Below, in pieces: positions 1-10,089 of a DNA stretch of 64,000 nt. The stretch lies in NCBI GenBank assembly GCA_965228895.1, contig OZ245842.1, forward strand, positions 4,256,001 through 4,320,000, given 5' to 3'. Position numbers and translations under genes: made by a program. The notes beneath the pieces were generated by a model that searched no databases, was not told the DNA's origin, and saw only the letters and a list, made by a program, of their open reading frames with translations. Source of the stretch: Alphaproteobacteria bacterium. GTDB lineage: Bacteria; Pseudomonadota; Alphaproteobacteria; SP197. Every line of letters begins with the position of its first letter. Positions within the stretch are counted from its first letter, which is position 1.

Positions 1-2
1 CC

Positions 3-389
3 GGCAAGGTCAAGCTGGTGTTCCGGGAGTTCCCGCTCGACCGCATGGCGGTTACCACGTCAGCGATCGCGCGCTGTGCGGGCGAGGATCAGTTTTTTGC
101 GGTTGTCGACACGCTGTTCCGCACCCAGGCACAGTGGTCCCGAGCTGAGGGTACGCTTCAAGATTTGAAGAAGGTCGTCGAAACGGCGGGACTCGAACCA
201 ACGATGGTCGACACCTGCCTGGAAAATCAGGCGATCATCGAAGGCATCCTGGCAGTCCGGCTCAACGGTGAACGGAACTATGACATTCACGCGACACCGA
301 CCTTCATCATCAATGGCGACAGCTACGACGGCTATATGACTGTTGAGGAGTTCGAAGCCGTTCTTGCCCCCTACTTGGAGGAGGGGTGA
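3..389 (+). CDS. DsbA/thioredoxin_4 family protein, C-terminal part (5' end outside window)
   Basis: FREFPLD, ARCAG and cis-Pro ATPTFIING motifs; probably the core-genome flank of the island. Confidence 0.8.
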   Translation, partial: GKVKLVFREFPLDRMAVTTSAIARCAGEDQFFAVVDTLFRTQAQWSRAEGTLQDLKKVVETAGLEPTMVDTCLENQAIIEGILAVRLNGERNYDIHATPTFIINGDSYDGYMTVEEFEAVLAPYLEEG

Positions 390-814
390 TTTGTCTGTCC
401 AGTATGTCATTGCGCTGCGGCGTGAGATTCGCTCTTCGTGTGTCCGCACTAGCGGTGTGTTCCAGGTTACCTATTCCAGGTTTCGCGAGGAGGTTAAAAG
501 ACGGAAACTTGTGCCTGGATTTTGTACTGTCGACAATACCGTTGCGCCCGCGTAATCGGCAAATCGAAGTCGATCTCCCCAGCTTGCACGGCCAACCGGT
601 ACTCACGGTTCTATGGCTAATCCGCATCTCACCTTAAGTGCCCTTGCGCCTTCGGAAACCCAATCAGCCAACATCCTCGACCCTCGACAATATGTCGCCA
701 CCGAACTCAAACTCACCAACGCCGGCGACACACCATGTTTGCGACCGAACGTCTCATTGTCACACACGGCCAATCAAGGTTAGAGCACATCCGAAATATC
801 CGGCATATGGTTTT

Positions 815-1258
815 CTAGTGTCCGGACGGGTCCTCGACCATAACTATCACGCTTATGCTGCCCTTGTTGCCAAAGTCCAAAACGAGGTCGAATGAGTCGC
901 CTTCCGTGAGCGGCTTCGTCAGGCCGGATAACCAGATATGCTCCCGCCACGGGGCCATACCCAACGGCTTGTCTGGGCTGACGTCGATCGTCTCCGGCCA
1001 CGATACTACGCCATTGTCCATGGTGCGGAAGCGGACCTGGTCGGCGACCGACGCCGACGCGCTGAGAAGACGAACTGTACTATCGCTACGGTTGGCTATG
1101 GCCCCATACACCGGCACGCTCGTAGCACCACTCTCGGGCGGCGGTGCCCAGACGTGACCAATCGCTGTATCGCCCAGGGTGTAGCTATGTGCGACAGCAG
1201 AGGCCGGCATTGAAACCGCGGCGAGAAGAATTGCAGCCAACACGAATACAGGGGTCAC
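815..1258 (-). CDS. PCuAC-like periplasmic protein with degenerate metal motif
   Basis: Signal peptide, YGAIAN..RLLSASASVA pattern; the H-x10-M-x21-HxM ligands are partly replaced (RFRT...HIWL). Confidence 0.7.
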   Translation of the reverse strand: MTPVFVLAAILLAAVSMPASAVAHSYTLGDTAIGHVWAPPPESGATSVPVYGAIANRSDSTVRLLSASASVADQVRFRTMDNGVVSWPETIDVSPDKPLGMAPWREHIWLSGLTKPLTEGDSFDLVLDFGNKGSISVIVMVEDPSGH

Positions 1259-1301
1259 GTTCGCGGCGCCGTCAGTGTCGCATGGTCAACCTGACGGCGC
1301 C

Positions 1302-1757
1302 TCATCCGTCAGGCCCTTTGGCGCCCGGATTTATGATTGGCACAATGACGTCAGTTTCGCTGTCATCTGCAAAACGCAGGTAGAGTTCAAGGCTTTCACC
1401 CACGTCCAACGACTGGACGAGATCCATCATCATGATGTGCAGACCGCCTGGCGCCAGGACGACACGTTCTCCCGGCAGAATCCTAACGTCGCCTGCCGGC
1501 TCCATACGTACAACGCCGTCATCTTCCTTAACGGTACGATGCACATCTGCGCGATCTGCGGCCGAACTTTCGACCTCGATGAGATAGGCCGTTTCGCTGC
1601 CATTGTTAACGAGCGTCAGAAATGCGGCAGCAGGACGCGATGCCCCGATCGACGCACGCGCCCATGGCTTCTCTACGCTAACACTGGACTGGACCCCTGC
1701 ATTCCCATGTGAAGCAAAAAAATTTAGCGAAAGCAATAGTGCAATGGCAGTGCTCAT
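1302..1757 (-). CDS. Copper chaperone PCu(A)C
   Basis: PWARAS, AAAFLTLVN, DVH...RM...PGGLHIMM; start reassigned to MSTAIALL. Confidence 0.9.
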   Translation of the reverse strand: MSTAIALLLSLNFFASHGNAGVQSSVSVEKPWARASIGASRPAAAFLTLVNNGSETAYLIEVESSAADRADVHRTVKEDDGVVRMEPAGDVRILPGERVVLAPGGLHIMMMDLVQSLDVGESLELYLRFADDSETDVIVPIINPGAKGPDG

Positions 1758-1936
1758 CTTTTCCTCGCTGTTTGCATTTTGCGATCTACGGAGACAGAGC
1801 AGTTTATCTGCACGACTTCCTCGGGCCTGTGGCAAAAAGATGATGAGGGCCAGACACGAGACATCACAACCTGCGGACCAGCGATCGATCGCTGGTCGCG
1901 ATGTTGCGGCCGGATTCCAGGATCTGTCCGAACCAC

Positions 1937-2590
1937 TCATCGTCGTGGCGCATCGTTGTCAAAGTCGACTGGCTCTGCCCGATCTAGCTTGGCATCGATT
2001 TCTTCTGAACCTGCTCTGAGATCTCGTGCCGCCGCCACGTCCTCGGTCGACAAGTCCGTCTGCTTAAAGAACGTGTAGGACAACGTTATGCTGCGAACTT
2101 CATTCGTGCCCCGGTCTTCAAGAAGTTGCTCGTCTACGAACAGGACAAGCGGCATTCGGGCACTCTCACCGGGTCCGAGTCGTTGTTCGGTGAAGCAGAA
2201 ACACTCGATCTTGAAGAAGTATGGCGCGGTCTTGTAGGGCGTCACATTAAACGTCGCCCGCGCCACGACCGTTTCATCGGAATTGTTCTTGGCGTAGTAA
2301 TAGACTTTGGCTGGCTCACCAAAGCGAGTTTCGACTTTACGTTGCTCGGGTCTAAATTCCCATGGGAGGCCCGGCGCAATGTTGGCGTCAAAGTAGACGG
2401 TCACTGATTCGTTTGACGCGACCAACGCTGAATCCGGTGCCGTTGATTGCTGTACCGTTCCACCGAACCCCGTGAGATTGCAGAACGTTTGGTAAAGCGT
2501 GGGCGCATAGATTACCAGCCCGCTCATGACGGCCATGATCGCGCCCGAAAGGGCAAGACTCCGAATGTTTTTGGTGCACAACTTGATCAC
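1937..2590 (-). CDS. ctaG: Cytochrome c oxidase assembly protein CtaG/Cox11
   Basis: LYQTFCNLTGFGGT and YFFKIECFCF motifs. Confidence 0.92.
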   Translation of the reverse strand: MIKLCTKNIRSLALSGAIMAVMSGLVIYAPTLYQTFCNLTGFGGTVQQSTAPDSALVASNESVTVYFDANIAPGLPWEFRPEQRKVETRFGEPAKVYYYAKNNSDETVVARATFNVTPYKTAPYFFKIECFCFTEQRLGPGESARMPLVLFVDEQLLEDRGTNEVRSITLSYTFFKQTDLSTEDVAAARDLRAGSEEIDAKLDRAEPVDFDNDAPRR

Positions 2591-2669
2591 CTCCTGCGGA
2601 GCTGATTGTCATAAGACCGTCCCGACCATCTCGCGCGAACTGTTCCGGCAGCCAACTACAGAAAAGGCG

Positions 2670-5036
2670 CTATCGCCCATGCGCCGGGTCTCCAGCAACA
2701 ATGCCGCCGGCACCTCGCTCCCTGCACTCACCGCTTGAGCCAGGGCCTTTGCCAATCTGGAGTAGCCGCAGTGCATTGGCGACGACAAGCAGCGACGCGC
2801 CGACATCAGCCGCGATCGCGCCCCATAGCGATGCGAAACCGGCAAAGGTCAGAACAACGAAAATTGCCTTCACGCCGAGCGAAAAGATGATGTTCTGGCG
2901 GATAATCCAAAGCGTGCGACGCGAGTGACGAACGAGCCATGGCAGCTTCGCCAGGTCATCTGTCATAAGTGCGATATCGGCTGTTTCGATCGCTGCGTCC
3001 GAGCCGGCGGCACCCATGGCAATACCGAAGCTGGCCCGAGCCATAGCCGGAGCGTCATTGACGCCGTCGCCAACCATGGCGACGGTACCATACTTCTTGA
3101 CCAACGCTTCCACGACCAAGACCTTGTCTTCGGGCAAGAGCTCGGCATGCACCTCATCGATACCAACCTGATGAGCAATGACCTGTGCCGTCGTCCGATT
3201 GTCTCCGGTCAACATGACCAAGTGTTCGATGCCACCGACCCGTAGCGCGTCCAGCGCATCGAGAGCCCCGCGCCGCATCGTGTCGGCGATGGCGAGCAGA
3301 CCACAAACGTGTCGGTCGTTGCCGATCACGACAACCGTTTTACCATCTCGCTCTAGCATCTCGGCTCTATCGGTTACGTCCGACGTCTCTTGGCCACGTT
3401 CGATGAGATAGCGATGGGAACCGAGCCAGTAGGCTTCTCCTTCAAACGTCCCGGTAATGCCCTTACCCCTGAAAGTCTGAGCGTCGGCAGCAGGGTGCGT
3501 ACTGATCCCCCGTTCACTCGCAAATTCGATCACCGCCCGTGCCAGAGGGTGTGTGCTTCGCGACTCGAGGGCCAATGCTCGTTCGAGCAGTTCCTCCTCG
3601 CTATGATCGTTGAGCGGAACAACATCGACAACAACTGGCTTGCCACGTGTCAGTGTGCCTGTTTTGTCAAAGGCGAGTGCCTTTAAATGAGCCGGCTGCT
3701 CTATGAACACCCCACCCTTGACCAACACGCCCTGGCGTGCGGAAGCTGCCAGGGCGGCAACGATGCTGACGGGAGTCGAGATCACCAATGCGCATGGGCA
3801 AGCGATGACGAGCAGGACGAGTGCACGGTAAAACCAATCGGCCCAGGAAGCATCGAACGCAAGCGGCGGCACGAGGCAGACGCCAATCGCAGCAACGATC
3901 ACAACGGGTGTGTAGATGCGGGCGAATTTCTCGACCCATTGTTCAGCGAGGGCGCGGCGGCCGTGGGCTTCCTCGACCATTCGAATGATTCGGGCAAGTG
4001 TCGTATTTTCGGCTGTCTTGGTACTCTCGACTTCGAGTGCGCCATCACCATTGATAGTCCCGGCAAAGACCTCGTCTCCGGCCTCCTTGGGCACCGGCAT
4101 GCTCTCGCCGGTGATTGGCGCCTGATTTACGCCGCTGGTACCACTGACAACCGCTCCATCAAGAGGAATTCGCTCGTCGGGCAATACGACAAAGCTTGTG
4201 CCAACCGAGACGCTCGCAGCCGCAACTTCCTCTTCGCGACCATCACCGTGTTTGACCCGTGCGAATGGCGGAGCGAGGTCTAGTAGTGCCGAAATCGCGC
4301 GTCGGGCTCGTCCAACACTCCAGGTTTCTAATGCCAACGAAAGCGCGAATAGGAAGGCCACTGTCGCCCCTTCGAACCAGTCGCCGATACCGATGGCCCC
4401 GGCGATCGCGATTACCATCAAAAGGTTGATATCCGGGCGCATGCGTTTGGCCGCAAACCATGCCTTGGGCAGAACTAGATACACACCGAAACCGATAGCC
4501 ATTGCGTAAGCAATAGTCTCGGGCAGCGGCATGGGCTGGTCGCCGTGGTCCCCGAAAAGACGCAACGCCTCCAAAAAACCGCCAGCGAGCACAACGTGAA
4601 TAACGAGCCCCGTAAGTACCCCGATGCCGCTGAGGGACGTGAAAAGAACTTGCACACGGCGACGTCGGTCATCGGCGCCCGCACTCTCTTGGCCGGGTTG
4701 CCATTCTTCGGCTGTCATCCCAGTACGCGCCACGGCATCGCGCACAGCGGCAGCGGATACAGACTCGGCGTTGTCGAGTACGAGCATGCGACCGTTCAAC
4801 ACGTCGAAGGCAAGCCGCTCCTCGCCACCGACAAGCGGACCAACTTCCCGCTTTAGGGTGGCAACTTCCTCTGCGCAGTCGAGACCCTGGATCTTGAAAG
4901 TGAGCCGTACATCGCCGCCGGGACCGACGCTGCCCGTATCCGCAGCCGACATGTCGGAATGGCGGGAGCAGCAGATTTGATCGCGACCATGCTGATGGTC
5001 ATGCATATCGTCGTGCTGGTGTCCCTGCTGCTGCAT
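2670..5036 (-). CDS. Heavy-metal P1B-type ATPase, Zn/Cd/Pb (P1B-2) type
   Basis: His-rich N-terminus, HMA GLDCAEE, TGES, CPC, DKTGTLT, HP, GDGVNDAP; TM Lys (GVK) and ADVG. Confidence 0.93.
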   Translation of the reverse strand: MQQQGHQHDDMHDHQHGRDQICCSRHSDMSAADTGSVGPGGDVRLTFKIQGLDCAEEVATLKREVGPLVGGEERLAFDVLNGRMLVLDNAESVSAAAVRDAVARTGMTAEEWQPGQESAGADDRRRRVQVLFTSLSGIGVLTGLVIHVVLAGGFLEALRLFGDHGDQPMPLPETIAYAMAIGFGVYLVLPKAWFAAKRMRPDINLLMVIAIAGAIGIGDWFEGATVAFLFALSLALETWSVGRARRAISALLDLAPPFARVKHGDGREEEVAAASVSVGTSFVVLPDERIPLDGAVVSGTSGVNQAPITGESMPVPKEAGDEVFAGTINGDGALEVESTKTAENTTLARIIRMVEEAHGRRALAEQWVEKFARIYTPVVIVAAIGVCLVPPLAFDASWADWFYRALVLLVIACPCALVISTPVSIVAALAASARQGVLVKGGVFIEQPAHLKALAFDKTGTLTRGKPVVVDVVPLNDHSEEELLERALALESRSTHPLARAVIEFASERGISTHPAADAQTFRGKGITGTFEGEAYWLGSHRYLIERGQETSDVTDRAEMLERDGKTVVVIGNDRHVCGLLAIADTMRRGALDALDALRVGGIEHLVMLTGDNRTTAQVIAHQVGIDEVHAELLPEDKVLVVEALVKKYGTVAMVGDGVNDAPAMARASFGIAMGAAGSDAAIETADIALMTDDLAKLPWLVRHSRRTLWIIRQNIIFSLGVKAIFVVLTFAGFASLWGAIAADVGASLLVVANALRLLQIGKGPGSSGECRERGAGGIVAGDPAHGR

Positions 5037-5116
5037 GGTGCTAATCCTGACTGTTACGGCGATAACCGGGCGGCGAGAAATCGTGACTCCGGCATGCCTT
5101 GCGGCAATTCCTTCTG

Positions 5117-5147
5117 ATCCTAAGAGCTACAGCAACTGTAGGTTCAA
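5117..5147 (-). promoter_or_regulatory. MerR-type promoter/operator of the ATPase operon
   Basis: TTGAAC-19 bp-TAGGAT with CTACAG-ttg-CTGTAG dyad. Confidence 0.85.
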
Positions 5148-5504
5148 GGGTTACTTGGCGAGAGATGTGCTCGAAATCGCAATGAACAAAGCGCATGTTC
5201 GCCTTGGAATGGGAACATGGCGGACTGGGTCCATTCGGAATGTCAATCCCGTTCATCATCAACATCTAAGGGACCGACTCACGGCCGACGACGATGGCGC
5301 TCGTCATGGTCAATCGAACGAGCACTCGTTCTGCGCTTAACATTTAGCTATACACTGCCTGCCGCGATGAAGACGATGCCGGCGGGTCGTTCCTGCGATT
5401 TTGTCGTGCATTATCAAGCACTCAGCTTCCGGACTTGCTTAGCGACTAAATTCTTCCTAACTATAGAAGGCCAAGGCTACAGTGACTGGAGGTCCGAGGC
5501 GGAA

Positions 5505-5990
5505 GTGGAACTCAATGACAGGTTCACGATCGGTCAACTCTCACGAGAAACCGGTTGCAAGGTCCAAACAATCCGCTACTACGAGGAAATCGGGCTTATG
5601 CCTGAGCCCGAACGGTCAAGCGGCAACCAACGCCTTTATGATCGAACCCAAATGGACAGATTGGCTTTTGTTCGACATTCACGAGAACTTGGTTTTCCTC
5701 TCGAGGCAATCCGCGAACTGCTAAGCTTAGCTGATGATCCGTCAAGGCCTTGCGAGGCCGCAGATGCGATCGCACAAGTACATCTCAAGCAGATAGAGAA
5801 TCGACTTGTTCGTCTTCGGGCACTTAAACGTGAGCTAGAGCGCATGGTGAAGCAGTGCAAGGGCGGAACGGTCTCGGACTGCCGAGTTATTGAAGTTCTT
5901 GCCGATCACTCAAAATGCCTGAGCGACGATCATCGCGACCTATCGTTGACACAGGGCAACCGGGTGACGCGATCGCGGAAGGCGCTGTGA
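5505..5990 (+). CDS. MerR-family metal-responsive regulator (CadR/ZntR-like)
   Basis: FTIGQLSRETGCKVQTIRYYE, three conserved Cys; GTG start at 5505 preferred over the ORF-track start 5217. Confidence 0.88.
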   Translation: MELNDRFTIGQLSRETGCKVQTIRYYEEIGLMPEPERSSGNQRLYDRTQMDRLAFVRHSRELGFPLEAIRELLSLADDPSRPCEAADAIAQVHLKQIENRLVRLRALKRELERMVKQCKGGTVSDCRVIEVLADHSKCLSDDHRDLSLTQGNRVTRSRKAL

Positions 5991-6076
5991 CAGGTGGACC
6001 CCCACCAAACTTGGAAGCACCACCACCACAAGCATCAAAACACGGCTAGGAATGCGCCAAGTGGCGCCTTAGAACC

Positions 6077-6832
6077 TTAGAACAGGTCGACAAGAAAGGT
6101 ATCGTGACCAGAGGCTGGCGCGGTCTGCGCAGGTTTTGCGGACTCCGGTTGCTGGTCATCTGACGCGGGCATGTAGATCCAGCCGTCGACACGGTTGAGC
6201 GCATAGATCGGCTGGTAAGCATCATTCATGACGGATTCGACATCGGCGCTCAGATTATCGAGGACCAGCGAGCGGTCGCCTTTCCGGACCTCCAACACAG
6301 CATGGTGCATGCCACGGCTTTCATCCAGAAGCACCACCACACGCAGATCCTGTTCGGCAAATCCCAGAAGCTTGAGTGCCGCATATTTGGCAATCGCATA
6401 GTCTTCGCAATCGCCTGATCCGGCAATGAAGGACAGCGGTGACTGCCAGACGTCTTCGATACCAAAGGTACTGATGTCGGTAGTGTAAGGCAGACGATTG
6501 AAATAGTCGTTGACGGCCTCAAGCTGACTGTCGGGTGATTGATCGGCAACGCCGGTCAGAAACGCCACAAATTTCATGACATCAGGACGGCTGCAACTGC
6601 CGCCTTGCCGGCACACTTCAATTTCAGCGCTGTCCCGGTCGATCAGAGCGCCGAGATTGCGCCACGCCGGAATGTTGAGTGCATCACCGACATTGACCTC
6701 GACGAGATCACCGTCATGATCGGCCACCACAGGTGCCGGGAAGGCAAAACATGCCACAGCGGCTGCCAGAAGCCCGCGACGAAACCCAATTACTGGCCCA
6801 AATCGAAGCAGAGTCATTTCTGCGACCACCAA
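6077..6832 (-). CDS. Transglutaminase-like cysteine peptidase (BTLCP/LapG-like)
   Basis: GDCEDYAIAKY, HAVL, VLDN catalytic triad; signal peptide. Confidence 0.88.
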   Translation of the reverse strand: MVVAEMTLLRFGPVIGFRRGLLAAAVACFAFPAPVVADHDGDLVEVNVGDALNIPAWRNLGALIDRDSAEIEVCRQGGSCSRPDVMKFVAFLTGVADQSPDSQLEAVNDYFNRLPYTTDISTFGIEDVWQSPLSFIAGSGDCEDYAIAKYAALKLLGFAEQDLRVVVLLDESRGMHHAVLEVRKGDRSLVLDNLSADVESVMNDAYQPIYALNRVDGWIYMPASDDQQPESAKPAQTAPASGHDTFLVDLF

Positions 6833-7311
6833 GTAATGCGTAACAATTTAGGATAGTTTAGCGATACCTCGAAGGTGGTATGTGATGACTATCACTAAGG
6901 CAGATAATGCTTCTCATCCATTGCCTCAATTGTCTGAGTGACCGGCTGGCTGAGCTCAATTGGGCGTATGTCTGGGTCACGGATCTGTCTCGGCCTGGCT
7001 TCCTCGACAAAGTTGGCAACCCGACGGATTATGATCGGTGACCTCAACGGGCAAGATGTCGGCCCAACCCAAATCCCTTGAATCAGATATTCGATCCGAA
7101 TGGAGTTATCCGTGACTCATTGCGTTCAGAATTTCGTCTGACAGTGCGAAAGCAGGATAGGACATGACTAGGTGCGGCAGTGATTTTGCCGACGCAGTCG
7201 AAATTCAAACCGACCCGGAGCGATAGGCTGCAGTAGCCGGCGGCAAGCTGCAGAATTGATGTTGGTAACCGACGCGGACGCATGGTTCCTTGCCCTGCTG
7301 GAGACTCAATC

Positions 7312-7839
7312 CTATTCCCGATTTCCCGCAATCACGTCTTCGAAGAGGGCAATCATTTCTGGTGTATCCCATTCGGCGGGCCCCACAAGTCGTCCGAGCT
7401 CTTTGCCGTCCGGCCCAACCAGAATTGTGGCGGGCAGGCCGAACACCTTGAGCTCCCCTGCCGCCCGTCCGCTTTGGTCGATGAAGATCTGCAAGTGCTT
7501 GATACCTATCTCATCAAAAAACCCGGCGACGGCATCAACACCTGCGCGATCGATCGAGAGCGCAATCACTTCAAAGTTGTCACCGCCGAGGAGTGCTTGC
7601 AGACTGTCGAGCGTCGGCATTTCTTCCCGGTACGGCGGGCACCAAGTAGCCCAAACATTAAGAAGCACGACCTTCCCACGCCACGCTTTGAGTGAGAGTA
7701 CCGTGCCGGACTCATCGGTAAAGGTGATCTCCGCCAAGGGAAGCGGTTCTTCGTGCAGTAACATGTCAGAAGGGCCGGCGGCATGCACACTCACAGCACT
7801 CACCACAATCCCCAACAAAACGGCCACGGTTAACCTCAT
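7312..7839 (-). CDS. TlpA-family thioredoxin with CxxY active site
   Basis: GKVVLLNVWATWCPPYREEMP, GLPAT. Confidence 0.85.
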   Translation of the reverse strand: MRLTVAVLLGIVVSAVSVHAAGPSDMLLHEEPLPLAEITFTDESGTVLSLKAWRGKVVLLNVWATWCPPYREEMPTLDSLQALLGGDNFEVIALSIDRAGVDAVAGFFDEIGIKHLQIFIDQSGRAAGELKVFGLPATILVGPDGKELGRLVGPAEWDTPEMIALFEDVIAGNRE

Positions 7840-8438
7840 GGCTGCTGCTCACTTTGATCCGCTCGAAGGCTGTGGACGAGCGGCAGGATCGTGTTGTTCA
7901 GAACCTGTTCGGTCACCGGACCGATATGCTTGTATGCAATGCGACCGTCGGGGCCCACGACGAAGGTCTCCGGCACACCGTAGACACCCCATTCTATTCC
8001 CACGCGGCCGTTCAGGTCTGCGCCGGTCCGTGTGTAGGGGTCCCCAAGCTCATCCAGCCAACTCGCTGCATCATGTCCCCGGTCCTTATAGTTTAGGCCG
8101 TGGATAGGCACCGTCCCAGACTGTGCCAGTTCCATAAACAGCGGATGTTCGACACGGCAAGTGGTACACCATGAAGCGAAAACATTAACCAGGGAGACTT
8201 CGCCACGAAGGTCCGCCGTCGCCAAGCCTAGCGTCCGACCTTGAACCGGTGCCAAGGCGAACTCTGGAACGGGCTTACCGATCAGAACGGACTGAATCTG
8301 CTGCGGGTTTCTCGTCAGCCCCATGCCGAGCGACACTATGATGGCCAACGCCAAAAAAACCGGGACGAGAAAGACCAATCGCCGCCGGATACGTGGACGT
8401 TCCGTACTGTTTATCGTTTCTAGTGGCTTGCCCGCCAT
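7836..8438 (-). CDS. DsbE/CcmG-family thiol:disulfide interchange protein
   Basis: NVFASWCTTCRVEHP, GVYGVPETF. Confidence 0.9.
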   Translation of the reverse strand: MAGKPLETINSTERPRIRRRLVFLVPVFLALAIIVSLGMGLTRNPQQIQSVLIGKPVPEFALAPVQGRTLGLATADLRGEVSLVNVFASWCTTCRVEHPLFMELAQSGTVPIHGLNYKDRGHDAASWLDELGDPYTRTGADLNGRVGIEWGVYGVPETFVVGPDGRIAYKHIGPVTEQVLNNTILPLVHSLRADQSEQQP

Positions 8439-8653
8439 AACATCTTCCCCCTTTCATACGTCACTTGCGGGGCCTGTATCTCGGCGTCTCGGCTTTTCTT
8501 TTACGGGACAGTCGATGATGGCGGTCGTCTGCGCCGGGGCCAGCCCGGCCTCGCCTTCCCCCTCTGCAACGACATCCCGTTTGATATCTCGCAGAGCCCA
8601 GAACACGGCCAATGCTGGGGCGGCATCGCAATCGCTCTTGTGAACTGCCGGGA

Positions 8654-9283
8654 TCATCGAGCACTCATGGTCAATGGCTTGAGATCACGAATGATGTCCT
8701 CTGCGCGTGTCCCGTATGCATAGGCCCTCAAAAAGTATCCGTTCGGCGAGATGAGATAGATGGCCGAGGTGTGAGCCATGGTGTAGCCGTCGGGTGCTCC
8801 TTCCTGCTCGATCGTCTCATAGTAGATGCGGAAGTTCTCGGCGGTCGTAGCAATCTCTGCCTCGGTTCCGGTGAAACCGATGATGGATGGGTGAAAGGCT
8901 GCGACGTACTCCGCCAAATCCTGAACTCGATCTCGCCTTGGATCAATTGTGATGAAAAGCGGCTGGATATTCTCCGCCGATCGATCGAGTCCATCCATCA
9001 TTCCGGCGATAACGGACAACGTCGTTGGACAGACATCGGGGCAGTTGGTGAAACCGAAAAAGATGAGCAACCACTTCCCCCGATAATCGGCCTCGGTCGC
9101 TGCCTCCCCTTCGTGATCGGTGAGCGCGAAAGCTGTCCGGATATCGCTTGGCCGCACTGTCTCAGCATCGACCATCGTACGTCCCGGCGGCTGCCATGCC
9201 TGCCAAAACACCAGTCCAGAGAACCCCACAACCGCGGCCGTAACCAGACCCCACAGCATCTTGCGCAGAACCGAGAGTCTCAT
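8654..9283 (-). CDS. SCO family copper chaperone
   Basis: FFGFTNCPDVCP, TIDPRRD, YTMAHT; start MRLSVLRK. Confidence 0.9.
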   Translation of the reverse strand: MRLSVLRKMLWGLVTAAVVGFSGLVFWQAWQPPGRTMVDAETVRPSDIRTAFALTDHEGEAATEADYRGKWLLIFFGFTNCPDVCPTTLSVIAGMMDGLDRSAENIQPLFITIDPRRDRVQDLAEYVAAFHPSIIGFTGTEAEIATTAENFRIYYETIEQEGAPDGYTMAHTSAIYLISPNGYFLRAYAYGTRAEDIIRDLKPLTMSAR

Positions 9284-9438
9284 TGCTGGTGCCCGTCTAC
9301 CTAAACCTGTCCTGCCGTCCAGCCGACGGTGTCGTCCGAACGTTGAGGGAACTTGGATCGCCGGTCTATCATGACGCTTGGTCGTCACAAGACCGCCTCC
9401 TAAACACGAACCCACGGGAAGTGAGGTCCGCCGTCACC

Positions 9439-10089
9439 TCAACCGCCACGCGCCGCGTCGACTTCGGTACGCACGAGGTCGTAGAGTTGTTGGGCGCCGA
9501 AGGAGGGCAGTGGCTTGCCGTTGACAAAGAAGGTAGGGGTCTGTTTCACACCAACCAATTGAACATCACTCATATCCTGATTGAGCCTTGCAGTAATGTC
9601 CGGCATCAACATGTCGCGGCGTGCTCGTGACACGTCGAGTCCGGCGGCACCGGCCGCCTCCCACGCCTTGCTGAGATCAGCTGAACCATGTGCCGCCCAA
9701 GCCGGCTGTGCCTCCAATACCGCCTCAAGAACTGGTTCAAACACGCCCTGAAGCCGCGCCGTTTCGAGAATGCGGACCGCTTCGTCAGAGCCGTCGTGGA
9801 ATACCGTGTATCGAAGTACTACTCGAACCTCATCGGGAAAGTCGGCCAAGATCTGCTTCACGACGGGATGGAATGCGCGACAGGCTTCGCAGGCGGGGTC
9901 AAAAAACTCGACGATAGTCACGGGCGCGTCCGCCGGACCGATAACTGGCGAATGAGATCGCACAAGCAGATTCTCCTCTGTAGTGGACGAAACCTGTTGT
10001 GCGGTACTGCGGTCATAGAAGAACGCAGCTGCTGCAAAAACTACGATGGCCACCGCGATTGTCGTGACGACTATCAATCGTCCGGTCAT
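9439..10089 (-). CDS. DsbA-family (BdbD-like) protein
   Basis: VEFFDPACEAC, QTPTFFVNG. Confidence 0.88.
   Translation of the reverse strand: MTGRLIVVTTIAVAIVVFAAAAFFYDRSTAQQVSSTTEENLLVRSHSPVIGPADAPVTIVEFFDPACEACRAFHPVVKQILADFPDEVRVVLRYTVFHDGSDEAVRILETARLQGVFEPVLEAVLEAQPAWAAHGSADLSKAWEAAGAAGLDVSRARRDMLMPDITARLNQDMSDVQLVGVKQTPTFFVNGKPLPSFGAQQLYDLVRTEVDAARGG

Noticed and set aside
371-392. dsbA 3' end (CTACTTGGAGGAGGGGTGATT) as a duplicated tRNA end
   Set aside because: Only loose similarity to 54737-54768 and explained by coding sequence
5217-5504. N-terminal extension of MerR (257-aa ORF)
   Set aside because: The MerR HTH begins after GTG 5505 and the upstream part looks non-coding
8454-8664. 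67-aa ORFs between sco and dsbE
   Set aside because: Two overlapping frames are equally plausible and neither has a recognisable motif
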